From positions 15,872,001 through 15,936,000 of the forward strand of contig OZ249439.1 of NCBI GenBank assembly GCA_965235115.1: 64,000 bases of DNA. The letters are read 5' to 3'. The notes beneath the pieces are model-generated. The model saw only the letters and a list, made by a program, of their open reading frames with translations, was not told the DNA's origin and did not search any database. Numbering within the stretch: the first letter of the stretch is position 1; every line of letters starts with the position of its first letter. This document shows positions 14,211-26,426 of the stretch, one piece after another. Source of the DNA: Laetmonice hystrix. Lineage: Eukaryota. A program made the translations under genes and the position numbers.

Positions 14211-14633
14211 GGCACTCATTACACTGACGGTGATAAACTCTGGGTGGGTTGTAGAATATTCATTGAGTGTATAGTGTTTCGTTCAGTTACAGACGGCACT
14301 CATTACACGGACGGTGATAAACTCTGGGTGGGTTGTAGAATATTCATTGAGTGTATAGTGTTTCGTTCAGTTACAGACGGCACTCATTACACTGACGGTG
14401 ATAAACTCTGGGTGGGTTGTAGAATATTCATTGAGTGTATAGTGTTTCGTTCAGTTACAGACGGCACTCATTACACTGACGGTGATAAACTCTGGGTGGG
14501 TTGTAGAATATTCATTGATTGTATAGTGTTTCGTTCAGTTACAGACGGCACTCATTACACTGACGGTGATAAACTCTGGGTGGGTTGTAGAATATTCATT
14601 GATTGTATAGTGTTTCGTTCAGTTACAGACGGC
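14211..14633. repeat. Minisatellite, 84-bp unit, 5 copies (open frame of GTHYTDGDKLWVGCRIFIECIVFRSVTD repeats)
   Basis: ggcactcattac starts at 14211, 14295, 14379, 14463 and 14547. Confidence 0.95.
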
Positions 14634-17600
14634 TGGCAGGGTATTTATATTACCTGATACAGCATGCGGCCTCTTACAAAATACAGTCACATATGTCCAT
14701 TTGACATTACAGCCCTGCCTTTATTCTCTCATCAACAGAGTACACATTTGTTACTGGATAAGATTCCAAAGATGTCTTCGAATTGGTTTCGGGTGGCATC
14801 AAATTCATGACGTAGGCGCTGTAATAACACTAACAGCGCCAATCCATCCTGACGCGGATCGGGCAGGCGGAATTTCAAGGCCAACGTAATTTGGATAAAC
14901 TTAAAAGGTAGATCAGCCATAACTTTACGGTATAGAACATTAACGGTTTTACGACACAATCTCTCTTGTAAGAAGTTACTGTTGTAGGCCTATACCCGTT
15001 AATATTAAGGTAAGGTCCTAAAGGCTGCGGTATTAGGCGGCTGAGTGTGGCGACTTTGCCGGAGACTTGCCGTATACCGTAGTGACATCGCCCAGAGCTA
15101 TAGTCGGGAGGTACAGTTGCTTCGTAAAATGAATGCGATATTTCACCCACAACCTTGATCCTGAAGGATCAATTTTTGTCTGTCGAGCCATCACAGAGGC
15201 GTCTATATTTGGGTGTTGACGTCATCTGTAATGGGTCAGAATCTTTAGAAAGGGGAATGGGATGATTATATGATGGTCATCTGATGGACGTGAGACCTGT
15301 ATCTCATTACAGGCCGTCAGTCAGACTGTATGAGAGGCTGGAGAACTAACAAACCTGCCGTGTTGGCTGTGACTGTACTCGAACACCAAACAACTTCCCC
15401 CAGCATGGGTGGAGGAGAGATGCTCTCTCATCTAGAGACACTTCTAGCCGTTATCTGTAACGTTTAAACTATAGTAGGTTATAGAAAGAGTAGGCCTATA
15501 TCTCCACAGCTGAACTGGAATGCTAATGATCGAGACGACTGGTGACATATCAGTGTCCTGACTGACTGTCGTCTGGAATCTGATATTATATAATATAGGT
15601 TTTTTGGTATAGGACGCATTTAATTTAATAGATGAATATGTACAGGAGTAGGGCCTACTCGCTCTGAGTGTGGTGGGTTTCAATGAAAGCGATGTGATGA
15701 AACTCGCGTATATCAACATTTGTATGAGTAGTGGTTGTACAGGTGCACGATAAAACATTTCAATATCAATGTTACCATTCGGACTATGTGAAGACCACGC
15801 CTTTCCTTCTAGTAATTCCATCAAGAGGGAGACAGTATTATAAGGGGCGTCAAGTCATACGGAAGGTGGACTGTTACAAAGGGGATACTGTTATTAATGG
15901 CACCCCATTGAAACTCCTATGTCTTAGATCGCCTGTCTGCACGTTGAAGCAGTATACCCAACGAGAGGTGTGTGGGGACACCGAATGTACATAGGAACTG
16001 ACAACGGATGTTTTCCCCGACTCCCATTAATTTGGAGCTATTATTGTAAAGGCCACATTTTCACTGCTTGTGGCTTTAGACGATATTTCAATTTTATATT
16101 ATTTCATAACATGTAGGAGGAAGAAAGGACATTTACTGTCGACCCTAGTCAGAAGAACTGAAACGCGTTTTTATGACCGAGGGATAGAAGCTGTGGTTGA
16201 GAAATATTTATCGGAAAAGCCATGAAATTATGGGCCAAGTGTGAGCAAATTGCATGCCATCAGAACGGAAATGTTTTTGCGACCTCAGTGATAGCCCTAC
16301 AATAATCTCATACGATGATGACAGATAGGTTGAGAGAGGCAGCGGGCCGATGAAAAACGTAAAGGAACGTCCTGCAGCGGAGTTACTCTTGGCACTATAC
16401 CCAACCGACCCATGCTTGATGCATGCGTCGGGGGGGGGGGGGGTACGCAGAGTGGTATGTTGTTCCGCACATGCCATGTTGGAGGGTAAAAGTGAGCACG
16501 TTGAGGTGTTGCAGAAATGGTTCCTTGGAAAAGAAGATAAGAGTTTAGCGTATAAAAGCTTTTTGCGCTGCCTATTGAGTCAGGAAGTATACACAAAGTC
16601 ACACCGAATCCCTAAATTCCCCCCCCCCCCCCATTAAACGCCAACTGAAGATATAGGCACTCTTCCATTACTGGTCTATGTTGGCAGACGTCGCGAGTAC
16701 ACCATTATCGGTATTAAGTAGACAAACGTCGGATGATACACCGATATATACAAAGTTATTGTGGACATCAGTGAAAAGGACACAATCCGCTATGGATTTG
16801 TGCGTAGGTGGCAAAAACATCCACCGAAGTTCCTCTGGGCAATTCATTGACTTTGTCACATTATCTTGTGTGGCACGCCATACTATAGCCACAGAACCTT
16901 CTGAAACAATAGCTTAGAGTTATTCCGGAACAATAGCGCGACCAGAAACATAGACAAGATACTGAGGCAATGGTCGGAATGTGAATGAAAGCCTTTGCTG
17001 ATGTACGGTAACAGGTCGGGGCTGAATGCCCCTCAGTCCTGGAGTCTGAGGGCGGACAGGCGTGAGAGACTGGGAGGGGGGGGGGCTGCTGTATATTATA
17101 CTTGGTATATGTGCGACGGCCTCGATTGACGCCGCTCAGGATTTGACAATGACCACCAACTCTCACCGTTAATTCATACACATACCTGGGGCACCCAGTA
17201 TTGTAGAGATTCATTATACCTTATACAGTTATTTCATGAAATATACATACTCCATTCCGAAACAGCGAAATTCCCCATCATCGCAAAATAGAAAATAAAG
17301 CTATTACTGTTGCATCAATCCTTCAATTATTGAATTGCATATTGCCATCAGTGCTGATTTGGATAACCTAATGGCTATAATTGGCTTCTATAGCAGGTAG
17401 CGAAAATATAAATTTAGGACATGGGACAGATGATATACAATACCTGGGCTGTGGGTTAGGGTTACGCCAGTGCAGATTTATTAAATATCGGTTAAAATAC
17501 AAAGTTGTTCGGGAAACTTGCTTCAGTACTTAAAGGGACAATATTGGATATGGACGCTGTTGATGGCCCTACACCATGCCATTATTGGAGTGCTGGGTAA

Positions 17601-18220
17601 CGGGCCTGATGATCTGTCCAACTCTGTATGCACCATCACGATATGTAAATGGAGGTTGCCCTGCACATATATTTGCATAACGCTAGCTCCCAGACGTGTT
17701 CCAATTAAAGTAATTTGGTTTGACGGGCCAGTTTGGCTGCTGTCAGAAGAATTCGTAGTTGCGATGTCACTATTCGATAGAATATTTTAGATGCTGGGCA
17801 GGCTGGAAGGAAAAGTAAGCTTGTAAATTTGTAGTTCTCAGAAGTTCACCTGTTGTGCGATTACCCGTGAGATTTGATCACATAGAACGATCAGTTCCTG
17901 GGAGGTCTGTAACATGGCTGTAAATAGGTTTGGTGTTGAATCACTGGTCATTATATCTACCGTTTATAACGATAACAGAGCAAGCTGTAAATGGGGACAC
18001 GGTCACTCTGCTATATATTTTATATTATGTGCCAATATATAGATACACGCCTTCACCCAGAAAAAATTATTCTGTAGAATACCTTTTCCTGGCTGATCCC
18101 CAGAGCCATGTACAACAACTGGATTAAATATCCAATCTGCGACAGGTTTTTTTCATCATTGCAATGGCATAAGTTAGCAATATCTTTAAATGTATATCAG
18201 TTAAAACATTAATTGATATC

Positions 18221-18329
18221 TGGCACGTTAAAAAGTAATATTTCTGTCCGTGTCACAGTGAGCGGACCTATGTTCTGGCACGTTAAAAAGTAATATTTCT
18301 GCCCGTGCCACAGTGACGGACCTATGTTC
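18221..18329. repeat. Direct tandem duplication, about 55 bp x2
   Basis: tggcacgttaaaaagtaatatttctg...ggacctatgttc occurs at 18221 and 18276. Confidence 0.9.
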
Positions 18330-18553
18330 TCGGAGTTGTCGGCATGATTGATGACCTGTCACTCAAAGAGGATTTTCGTGTCACCACTAGTTTATCATGC
18401 ATCCTTTTTGTGATATATCGATATGCTTGAAATCAAATATTTCTCCGTAATATATTGAATCTGGTTATTAACTAGTGGCCTCCCATTCACTTCTATAATA
18501 ACTTAACGATATCGTTAATAACCAGACCTTAGTAAGACGGGCCCGAGCTGCAG

Positions 18554-18640
18554 GGGCCAGTTGCATGACGGTCCGTTCGTTAAAATTCCCATTGAAAATA
18601 CATGGGGAAATTAACGAACGGACCGTCATGCAACTGGCCC
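18554..18640. mobile_element. 87-bp near-perfect palindromic MITE (GGGCCAGTTGCATGACGGTCCGTTCGTTAA arms) flanked by CAG/CTG
   Basis: Arms of about 30 bp pair perfectly. CWG flanks and GGGCC termini are typical of PIF/Harbinger MITEs. Confidence 0.75.
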
Positions 18641-18788
18641 CTGAGAGACCTGGCCCAGCAGCCTGGTCCAGCGGGGCCGAGCGGACTGCCGCCGGTAACG
18701 GTCTCACCATTGACACATACAGAGACTGACCGGCGGGCTGACCTGACCCGCGGTTTGTTACCGGATGTGAGTGAGACGTGGCCCGGCA

Positions 18789-19265
18789 GCCTGGTCCAGC
18801 GGGGCCGAGCGGACTGCCGCCGGTGACGGTCTCGCCATTGAGCCTGGTCCAGCGGGGCCGAGCGGACTGCCGCCGGTGACGGTCTCGCCATTGAGCCTGG
18901 TCCAGCGGGGCCGAGCGGACTGCCGCCGGTAACGGTCTCACCATTGAGCCTGGTCCAGCGGGGCCGAGCGGACTGCCGCCGGTAACGGTCTCACCATTAA
19001 GCCTAGTCCAGCGGGGCCGAGCGGACTGCCGCCGGTAACGGTCTCACCATTGAGCCTGGTCCAGCGGGGCCGAGCGGACTGCCGCCGGTGACGGTCTCAC
19101 CATTGAGCCTGGTCCAGCGGGGCCGAGCGGACTGCCGCCGGTGACGGTCTCACCATTGAGCCTGGTCCAGCGGGGCCGAGCGGACTGCCACCGGTGACGG
19201 TCTCACCATTGAGCCTGGTCCAGCGGGGCCGAGCGGACTGCCACCGGTGACGGTCTCACCATTGA
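18789..19265. repeat. GC-rich minisatellite, 53-bp unit, 9 copies (plus an isolated copy at 18661)
   Basis: gcctggtccagcggggccgagcggactgccgccggt(a/g)acggtctc(a/g)ccattga repeats every 53 bp. Confidence 0.95.
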
Positions 19266-19772
19266 CACGTACAGAGACGAGCCCCTCAGGATTCATCAGG
19301 TAACTGCGGTGGTCCAGGCGGTAATCAAGGCCCTTTAAGATTTCACTGCGGGTACGAGGGCCAGCAGTCGGGAGGAGGATTGTTATCTGGCCAGTATCAC
19401 GGCAACCAGAAGCAATCACAGTTGGCAGTACTTTCCGTTGGAGTTGGGTTTGGCTGGAGGAGTCATTGATTGGGGTGGGGTTGGGGGGGGGGGGGCGGTC
19501 AGTTGGGGGGGGGGGTCCCGAGCCAGGCCGGGGTGAGGGCAGGGGCGGGGGCGAGGGGGGGGGGGTTAGCCAGCAGGCCCGCTGGTCGAACTGACCTGCC
19601 TCAATTCACAGTTCACAACGAGTGGGATCAGACGAAAAGGTTCACGACATCCTACAAATCCTGTTCAGTGAGACCTCAGATCGTATCGGACGTGCTGCTA
19701 CATAGGAGAGGAGGTTCTATCGATACCACCATTAAGAGCTATAGAAGTGACCTGATTCACTCCAATAATTAA

Positions 19773-20224
19773 CCCTTTCATTGTAGTGATCTTCGTGTAG
19801 ACGGTTGTTTCCTGCTCCAGTAATAAGTCTGATTGTGATGCCATTAAATCAGGTTTCGAGCAATTTCAAAGGAAAAACATTTTATTAAGACTCCGTGTAG
19901 CAGTATGAGTGGTAACGTTTGATAACCATTTTTGGGGCATACTGAGCTTTATTAAAGGGCTCTAGAGTCTTAAGTCTCGAACAGCGCATTTCATGATTAT
20001 TCATTAATACTGTTCAGAAATTCATAGCATAATCAAACGCCTCATTTGTGATAATTACCCTATTCTATGCAAGTATAATTTTTGATGTGCAGAATTATAC
20101 ATTTTTACACGAACCTGTGTCAGTTTAATGATGTTCTATTATGAAAATTGCGACGACTAGCATTAAGCAGATGACTCCAGGGAGGGGTCATAAAATTCAC
20201 TTCATAGAAACTGGGGCCGAAGGG
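19773..20224. mobile_element. Possible piggyBac-like non-autonomous remnant (TTAA|CCCTT...AAGGG|TTAA)
   Basis: TTAA at 19769-19772 and 20225-20228 abuts CCCTT/AAGGG termini, but TIR identity extends only 5 bp. Confidence 0.35.
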
Positions 20225-21702
20225 TTAATGCATGGTAATCAGCCAGGATGGATGGTATGAGAGTAAAGACTCTGACATGGCACACATTGCCTGAGTTGCT
20301 GTTTGATGGCATACTACCTCTGAACGTCATGCAGATCAATAATATGGCAGTACCGTATCTGATATCTATGTGTCACAAGCTGTAGGTTAAATTTCTTCCA
20401 CGGCTTTCTTGACAATCTGGGACTTCATGGACAGCGCTGTACAAAAGAACGTGACAAGAGCACAATTAAAGCTCGGTAGGTGTAAGCTGGGTTTACTTCC
20501 CTGGCACTGCGGCACCTTTTACTGAGATAAAAGCAATTAGAGGTCATAGAAGAGATGGTGACTTTCAACCCTTAAGGCTCATTTTAAGTCTTAATGACAA
20601 GAGGAACCAAAGGGGACACGGCGGTGGCGACTATTGCCTGACGTAGGCAGAAATCCTAATTGCATTAGCCTTGTCATGTAGATTACTTCTTACTCTGTCA
20701 CGTCTTTTCCGAAGAGTCGAACTAATTTTCAACCCATAAAAGATTTACCGGGCAACATTCCAAGGCTCTAGGCTAGGATTTTCCTTTGTGCATCAGTTCA
20801 AACAAAGTGTATTGAATTTTAGGATGAAAATGGACAGAAATCTCTAAAGTGATTTTCTTTATGTAGTAGAGTGGCGGAGGTCTCTTTCCTAGGAGCATAT
20901 TGGGATGTCGGAGAACATTACCCGTCATTAAATCGTGAAGCTTTGGCGTGTAAGAAAATGTTCAGTCATGCAGAGGAATGGAAGTACCCCGAATACAAAC
21001 CAGCTCACTGTTCATTATTGTATGTACTTCACATGTCTCCTGTATAAAGGTCTACTTCATATAACTATTAATTAGGTATAGGGGATAGGTAGAATTGGTT
21101 CATCAGTTTCTGTCCTGGCCCTGATGGCCCTCGTGGTACGTCCATGACACTACCGTTATCTGCTCTAAGTACCAACACTCGCTATGCTTCATCACACATA
21201 TCAACTCTTCTTCAGCTACAGCTACATGTATGTCTTGCATATTATATCAGTATATGAAAATATACCAATAGATGTACACGTATTACAAACGGTGATGTGG
21301 TTCGTCGTTAAACCGCAGCGTATGACCAGCTATTATAGTTTTCTAGTGTTATTATGGCAACTGTGTCTCATGACCAGAGTACGACATCATCTCATCATGA
21401 TCGGAGGTTTTCTCATATTGACTTGTGGACACGACGGAACTATTCCATATATTGGTATGTGCCGACTAGTAAATGTGGGAAATCGGTCCGTCATGCTTTC
21501 TGTTTGATCTTTTTGGAAGCAAAGGGTCATCGTAGGCTGACCTTCAGCTGAAGGTCATATTGCCGGGGTTCCCTTTCACCCAACGGAATTGACAACTTTG
21601 CATGGTTTCAAACTATTTTTTGGGCACCGCTGGAGAGTTTGATGGTGATGTCGTATGTTACTGTCAGGTTAATCTGTCAGGTTAAGTCATCGTAGTGTAG
21701 GC

Positions 21703-21960
21703 CTAACCAAGCAACCCCTGACAGATCAGGGGGTGCAGTCTTTCCTGGAGGGGTTCGTCTCGAGGGCATTTTGAGGGGGGATTTGGAAACATTTGGTGGA
21801 GCACCTTTATATCCTCTGGGTTGTTGTTCGGGGAATGCCATGGTACTCCCAACAATGGCTGCATGAGTAATATATTATTTACTGAAGGTGTCGCATGGAT
21901 GCATATAATGTGAATGCCAGAAACTTCTTGAACGAGGAAAAATTTCTTAAACGGCAGCAA
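21703..21960 (-). mobile_element. Decayed APE-endonuclease fragment of a non-LTR element
   Basis: GIHIICIHATPS..NNILLM..LLGVPWHSPNNNPEDIKVL resembles (IYAPP)..(IILMGDFNAHHPLWGS..TN.RG..L). Confidence 0.35.
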
Positions 21961-23437
21961 ATTGTCAAGATATCACTTCCTCTGTCAATACGCGCCCGTC
22001 AGTGGCAATCAGCAACTTTATTGTGATGAAATCAGGCGTCTTTTCAGAGCAACCCCCCAGTAGTAATGATTAATTATGCCAGATAGGAGGCATCTACTCC
22101 GTTTAAAGTGGCTGAAATGTTCCATGAAAATCAATTTTTACAATTATGTTTATCTTGGTCAATTGTGGCAATGAGCCCATGGGAAAAGCTGGACAAAAAT
22201 AGCTTGAGATTCCTATTTTATGCAGACCACAGATGTGTCGGGGATGGGCAAAGCTCCACGTAGACAATTTATCAGAGAAAACTAAGACGTACTCTGTCAT
22301 GCTGATATATGTTTTACAATTACTTTAGGGAACAGTTTGTAAGCACTGGAGAATGATGGATGCGCGGTCCTGCTAATCGAGGTTCTCTTACGCCTACCTT
22401 TCTCGGTGAATATCCATGTAGGAGACTCAGCATACCTTCTGGATTGTTTGTTCGGATCCTTTGGTTATGAATACAGTACCATCTCACGGTATAGTGTCTG
22501 CCACATACGGATCATCAGTATATGCTTTTGACAAAATGTATGAATCCAGAGAACGGAAAACAAACATTAACAAAAACATCTTAGGCACCTATAATGTGAT
22601 CATGAACGATTTAGAAGAGGCACCTCGCTGCCCTCCTCTTACCTGTAGGTTAGGGGTTGAACATGTTCCACAGACCGAGGTTCCTAAACCGACTTAACGT
22701 GCCTGAGGCACTGATGGAACACTGGATGCGATCACACGTTGTCCTGATGCCGCCTCAGCCAATTAGGACCCCGTCCCAGCAAGGTTTATTCTCGACCTGG
22801 GTGTGACGGATAGGACTGGGATCAGTACGTAATTATACCATCAGTGTTCACCAATCTGTCATACACGGCTGGCTCAACGCTCACGGCTGTAGGAACTAAT
22901 AGGTCTGTACACAGGAACATGGAGTCTGAAAGTCTATTCACACTTACCTGGGGATTAGTCCATGAGCCAGATGGGCCAAAAATGGCCAATCGGTACCAGT
23001 TTGGGGGGCAAATTCTAATATGCATTTTTGTTAAGTATGATATCCCTACTTAATATTTCTGCATGATAGACATTTGTAAGTAGTAGCTTAATGTGTTATA
23101 TCAACGGGTTTTCATGGGTGGGTCAGTGCAACTTGCTACTCCAAAATTAGGGATATATCGCCAATCAGCTTGGTTTGCCCAATATTATTTAGGCATCCGG
23201 GCTTTTATTTTCCTTTTAAACCGTTATAGACTAACTTGAAATATGATAGGTATTGTTATATGACAATTTATAGTATTTAGATACATTTATGGCTTGGTAA
23301 ATAATCATTTGTATACAAGTAGACTGTTATATGATACAAGCAGGGTAGAACTTTCTTGAACACAACCTGATAAGTACATAATGTGCAGTTTTCTTCTTAT
23401 AAGGTAGTATATGTTTATTTACAAGTCTACTGACATC

Positions 23438-23703
23438 TTTTTCTGCGGGTACTCCGGTTTCCTCCACCAAGAAAAACTAACTTTCATCATTATCTTCACC
23501 GCCATGATCCCGTTGGGACCCGGGATAAAATAGGTTCCTTTGGTTTTATGGTCTTATAACTCTGTTTTCGCCGTGAAGATGGCCCCGGATGCCGACACGG
23601 CGGAAAACCACCACTACTCACTCACTCACTCACTCACTCACTCACCGCCATGATATGATCCTCGCTGTTGCAAGGCGTAAAACCCCAAATACCCACCCAC
23701 CCA
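23438..23703 (+). mobile_element. 5'-truncated SINE (conserved CGGGTACTCCGGTTTCCTCC core and 3' tail), interrupted by a second retroposon
   Basis: ttctgcgggtactccggtttcctccacc matches the conserved central domain of V/Meta-type SINEs as I recall it. Ends ...ggcgtaaaaccccaaatacccacccaccc. Confidence 0.7.
23509..23641 (+). mobile_element. Retroposon 3' end with (CACT)n tail inserted into the SINE, 13-bp TSD
   Basis: tcaccgccatgat is duplicated at 23496-23508 and 23642-23654, and the insert ends in an actcactc... tail. Confidence 0.8.
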
Positions 23704-25402
23704 AATGATGTCATAGGATAAGATATACCCGGTAGATTTTGTCATGACTTATATTAAAATATTCGTTGGAATCTTTAAAAATAGGATAACCTTCCACTCA
23801 AAGGGTATACATTGACGTATTTGTAATATGTCTAGAAAGTTACATCGGACTCCCTTGGTATGGAGATCAGTATGTGACATAAAGCCAGAGTCAGGTGTTA
23901 GGAAGTCAGAAATGTAAAGTACACCCATATTAATCCACTGTTTCCAACAAAAGTAAGTCAGAAATGTAAATACACCCATATTAATCCACTGTTTCCAACA
24001 AAAGGGTTTTTTGCCAATTAATAGAGAATTGTTATTCCAAATATATTGTTTGAGAATAATGTTCCCGATTGGTGGGGTTAACATTCTTTATATCGTTCCA
24101 GAAGGTTAATAACTCCCTATAAAAGGGAGGCAGCGCTTTCAAGTCACAATATCTGTATATTGGAAAAAATGGAATGGTTTTGTGTTCAGGTATAGGTTTA
24201 AGAGAGACCTGGCTTACCTGTTAAAATCCACCATTTTCAAACCACCATTATCTATCGTTTGAGTGATGACACTTTTGGCAACTTTTGACCTACCACCACT
24301 CCATAAAAAGTCATATAACAGTTCTTCTACTTCAACGATAACATTTTTGGCTACGCTAATTATTTGAGCCATATAAATAAAATGAGAGATGGCAAGCGAA
24401 TTAATTACAGTGATCTTTCCTTTTATTTAGAGATTTCTCTGACGCAAAAAGTTAAGTAAGTTACGGAGATTAGTGATCTTAGTTTCGAAGTTTAACTTTA
24501 TCTTGTATGATTCAAACTCATTGCGTACAAAAGTAACACCAATGAACTGTATATTTCCGTTGGTCCATATAATACCAAAAAGATTGGGAGTTTATATTTG
24601 GTGGAGCATTGATCCATTTTGCCACCGTTTTGTTTAAGTTAATTTTTAAGCCTGGCATTAGAAAAATAAGTCTAAGATTTTAGGAGCATTCTTTAGGGAC
24701 TCACAATCAAGGAGAATTAGTGTAGTATCATCAGCAGCTTGAGTAATTTTAATTTCGTAATCATTTCTAAAGACACCTTTTACATCTTTATCTTTTCTTA
24801 TGTTAGAAGCTATGGAAGCTAGTTATGGAAAATAGGGCCAAAATAAAAGGCCTGAAGGGTTTTATTAATGAAGGTCCAGGAGACAGTATGGAAAGCCTTT
24901 TCAAAATCGACCGTCGTTATAATGCAGGATAATTCGCGTGTTTGTGCAATGGACAGTATATCGTGTATATCACACGGATATGTTCACCAATGAAACGACC
25001 TTTGATATAAGCGGTCTGATCCGCGCTAATAATATCTGGTAAAACGGCACAGAGACGAGCAGTGAGTGTTTTAGCAATAGTCGGTATTAATTAAAGACGA
25101 GAGATAGTTCTCCAGTTAGTTATGAATATTTATTTTTGCCCTTTTGGGGATTAGGGTTATGACTCCACGCTTCTGCTCCATAGAAAGATGTCCAGCAGAG
25201 TAGGCATAATTTAGTGAGGAAAAGACAAGGTTATTGGTGTCTGTCCAGAAGAATTTGTAAAATTCAGCAGGGAGACCATCAGAGCCAGGTGTTTTATTGT
25301 TTTTCACCAGTTTCAAGTTCTCGAGGAGTTCCTTATGTAACAAGATGTCTTTACATCACGTTTCTTTGTATTAATGCCAGCGTCTTCGTAGGAAAGGGCT
25401 GA

Positions 25403-26080
25403 AGCTGTATCCTCACTGGACGCGTGCGACGCGAGCGACGCGCGCGTTTTTTAAAGTAATGGAAATGAATGGAGCGCGTCACAAAAAATGTCGCGCGCGT
25501 CGCGCGAGGCCAGTGCAGATGGCTCCATTCATTTCCATTACTTCTAAAATAGAAGTAATGCGACGCGATATTTTTCTACGGGCCTAGGAACATAGAGGTA
25601 TTTACATTATGCCCGTCTATCAATTGCGGGTCCAGGATATCACTAAAGCCTAAAGGGGGAGGGGGCACAGGAAAGCAATTCATAATTGTTTGCATTACGA
25701 ATTAAAGCTCATGCTCTTGAATGAGAGTTCTAGAGGTAGGCCTATAGGCCTACATAATAGCTCAGGGCTTCCATGAGATACACCGTCAGTGTTAAAATTA
25801 ATTAAAAATGAGTAGGCTTTAGGCGTGTATAGGTGTATATTAGTCTCTTGACACTCTTGAACAAGGTCGTAGATCTCACTTTTGATTAATCAAGATGTCT
25901 TTTATCGCGCACGTAGCGCGACAAAAATAGAACCAGTCCTATCTGTGTCGCGACGTGCGCGTCACAAAAAATGACGCGCACGTCGCGCGCGGCCAGTGCA
26001 GATGGCTCAATTCATTTCCATTACTTCTAAAAAAAACGCGCGCATCGCTCGCGTCGCTCGCGTCCAGTGAGGATACAGCT
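25403..26080. mobile_element. PIF/Harbinger-like MITE (TIR AGCTGTATCCTCACTGGACGCG), TGA/TAA flanks
   Basis: 22-bp perfect TIR that extends imperfectly to about 70 bp. The 3-bp TWA-like flanks are typical of Harbinger. CpG-rich. Confidence 0.85.
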
Positions 26081-26197
26081 TAACCAGACGGAAAATTTCA
26101 TATTGAATTCATGTACTATCATCCAAAATGATACAAAAGTAAATCTCAGAGATGCAAATACAAATTTTATCTGAATCTTACACCAAACAATATTGGA

Positions 26198-26426
26198 CAG
26201 GGGCGGATTTAGGGGGCGAGGGGTACCAATCAGAAAAAAAGGCAAAATTTTGTTGTTTGCAACTGTAAGAGCAAACATTTTGCTTCCTCAAAATGCAGGA
26301 AATACCATTTCAGAGACTCTATAAATGTTCAAAATTTCCGGGGAGCATGCCCCCGGACCCCCCTAGCAGGGCTCAGCCCCCCTTTTTCAACCGCCCCCCC
26401 CTTCCAAAATCCTGGATCCGCCCCTG
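26198..26426. mobile_element. MITE with CAGGGGCGGAT...ATCCGCCCCTG TIRs and 5-bp TSD TTGGA
   Basis: 11-bp perfect TIR. TTGGA at 26193-26197 and 26427-26431. Confidence 0.85.

Larger units (their letters stand above)
23030..25400 (-). mobile_element. L1/Tx1-clade LINE ORF2 fragment (reverse transcriptase and C-terminal region), pseudogenised
   Basis: Minus-frame NNKTPGSDGLPAEFYKFFW, QKRGVITLIPK, DQTAYIKGRFIGEHIR, VDFEKAFHTVSWTFINKTLQAF, KGKITVINSLAISHFIY and FLWSGGRSKVAK...GGLKMVDF, with stops and frameshifts. Confidence 0.9.

Noticed and set aside
22944-22952. U1 snRNA 5' end (acttacctgg)
   Set aside because: The match is only about 10 nt and the downstream sequence is not U1. It is simply a reverse-strand donor-like motif.
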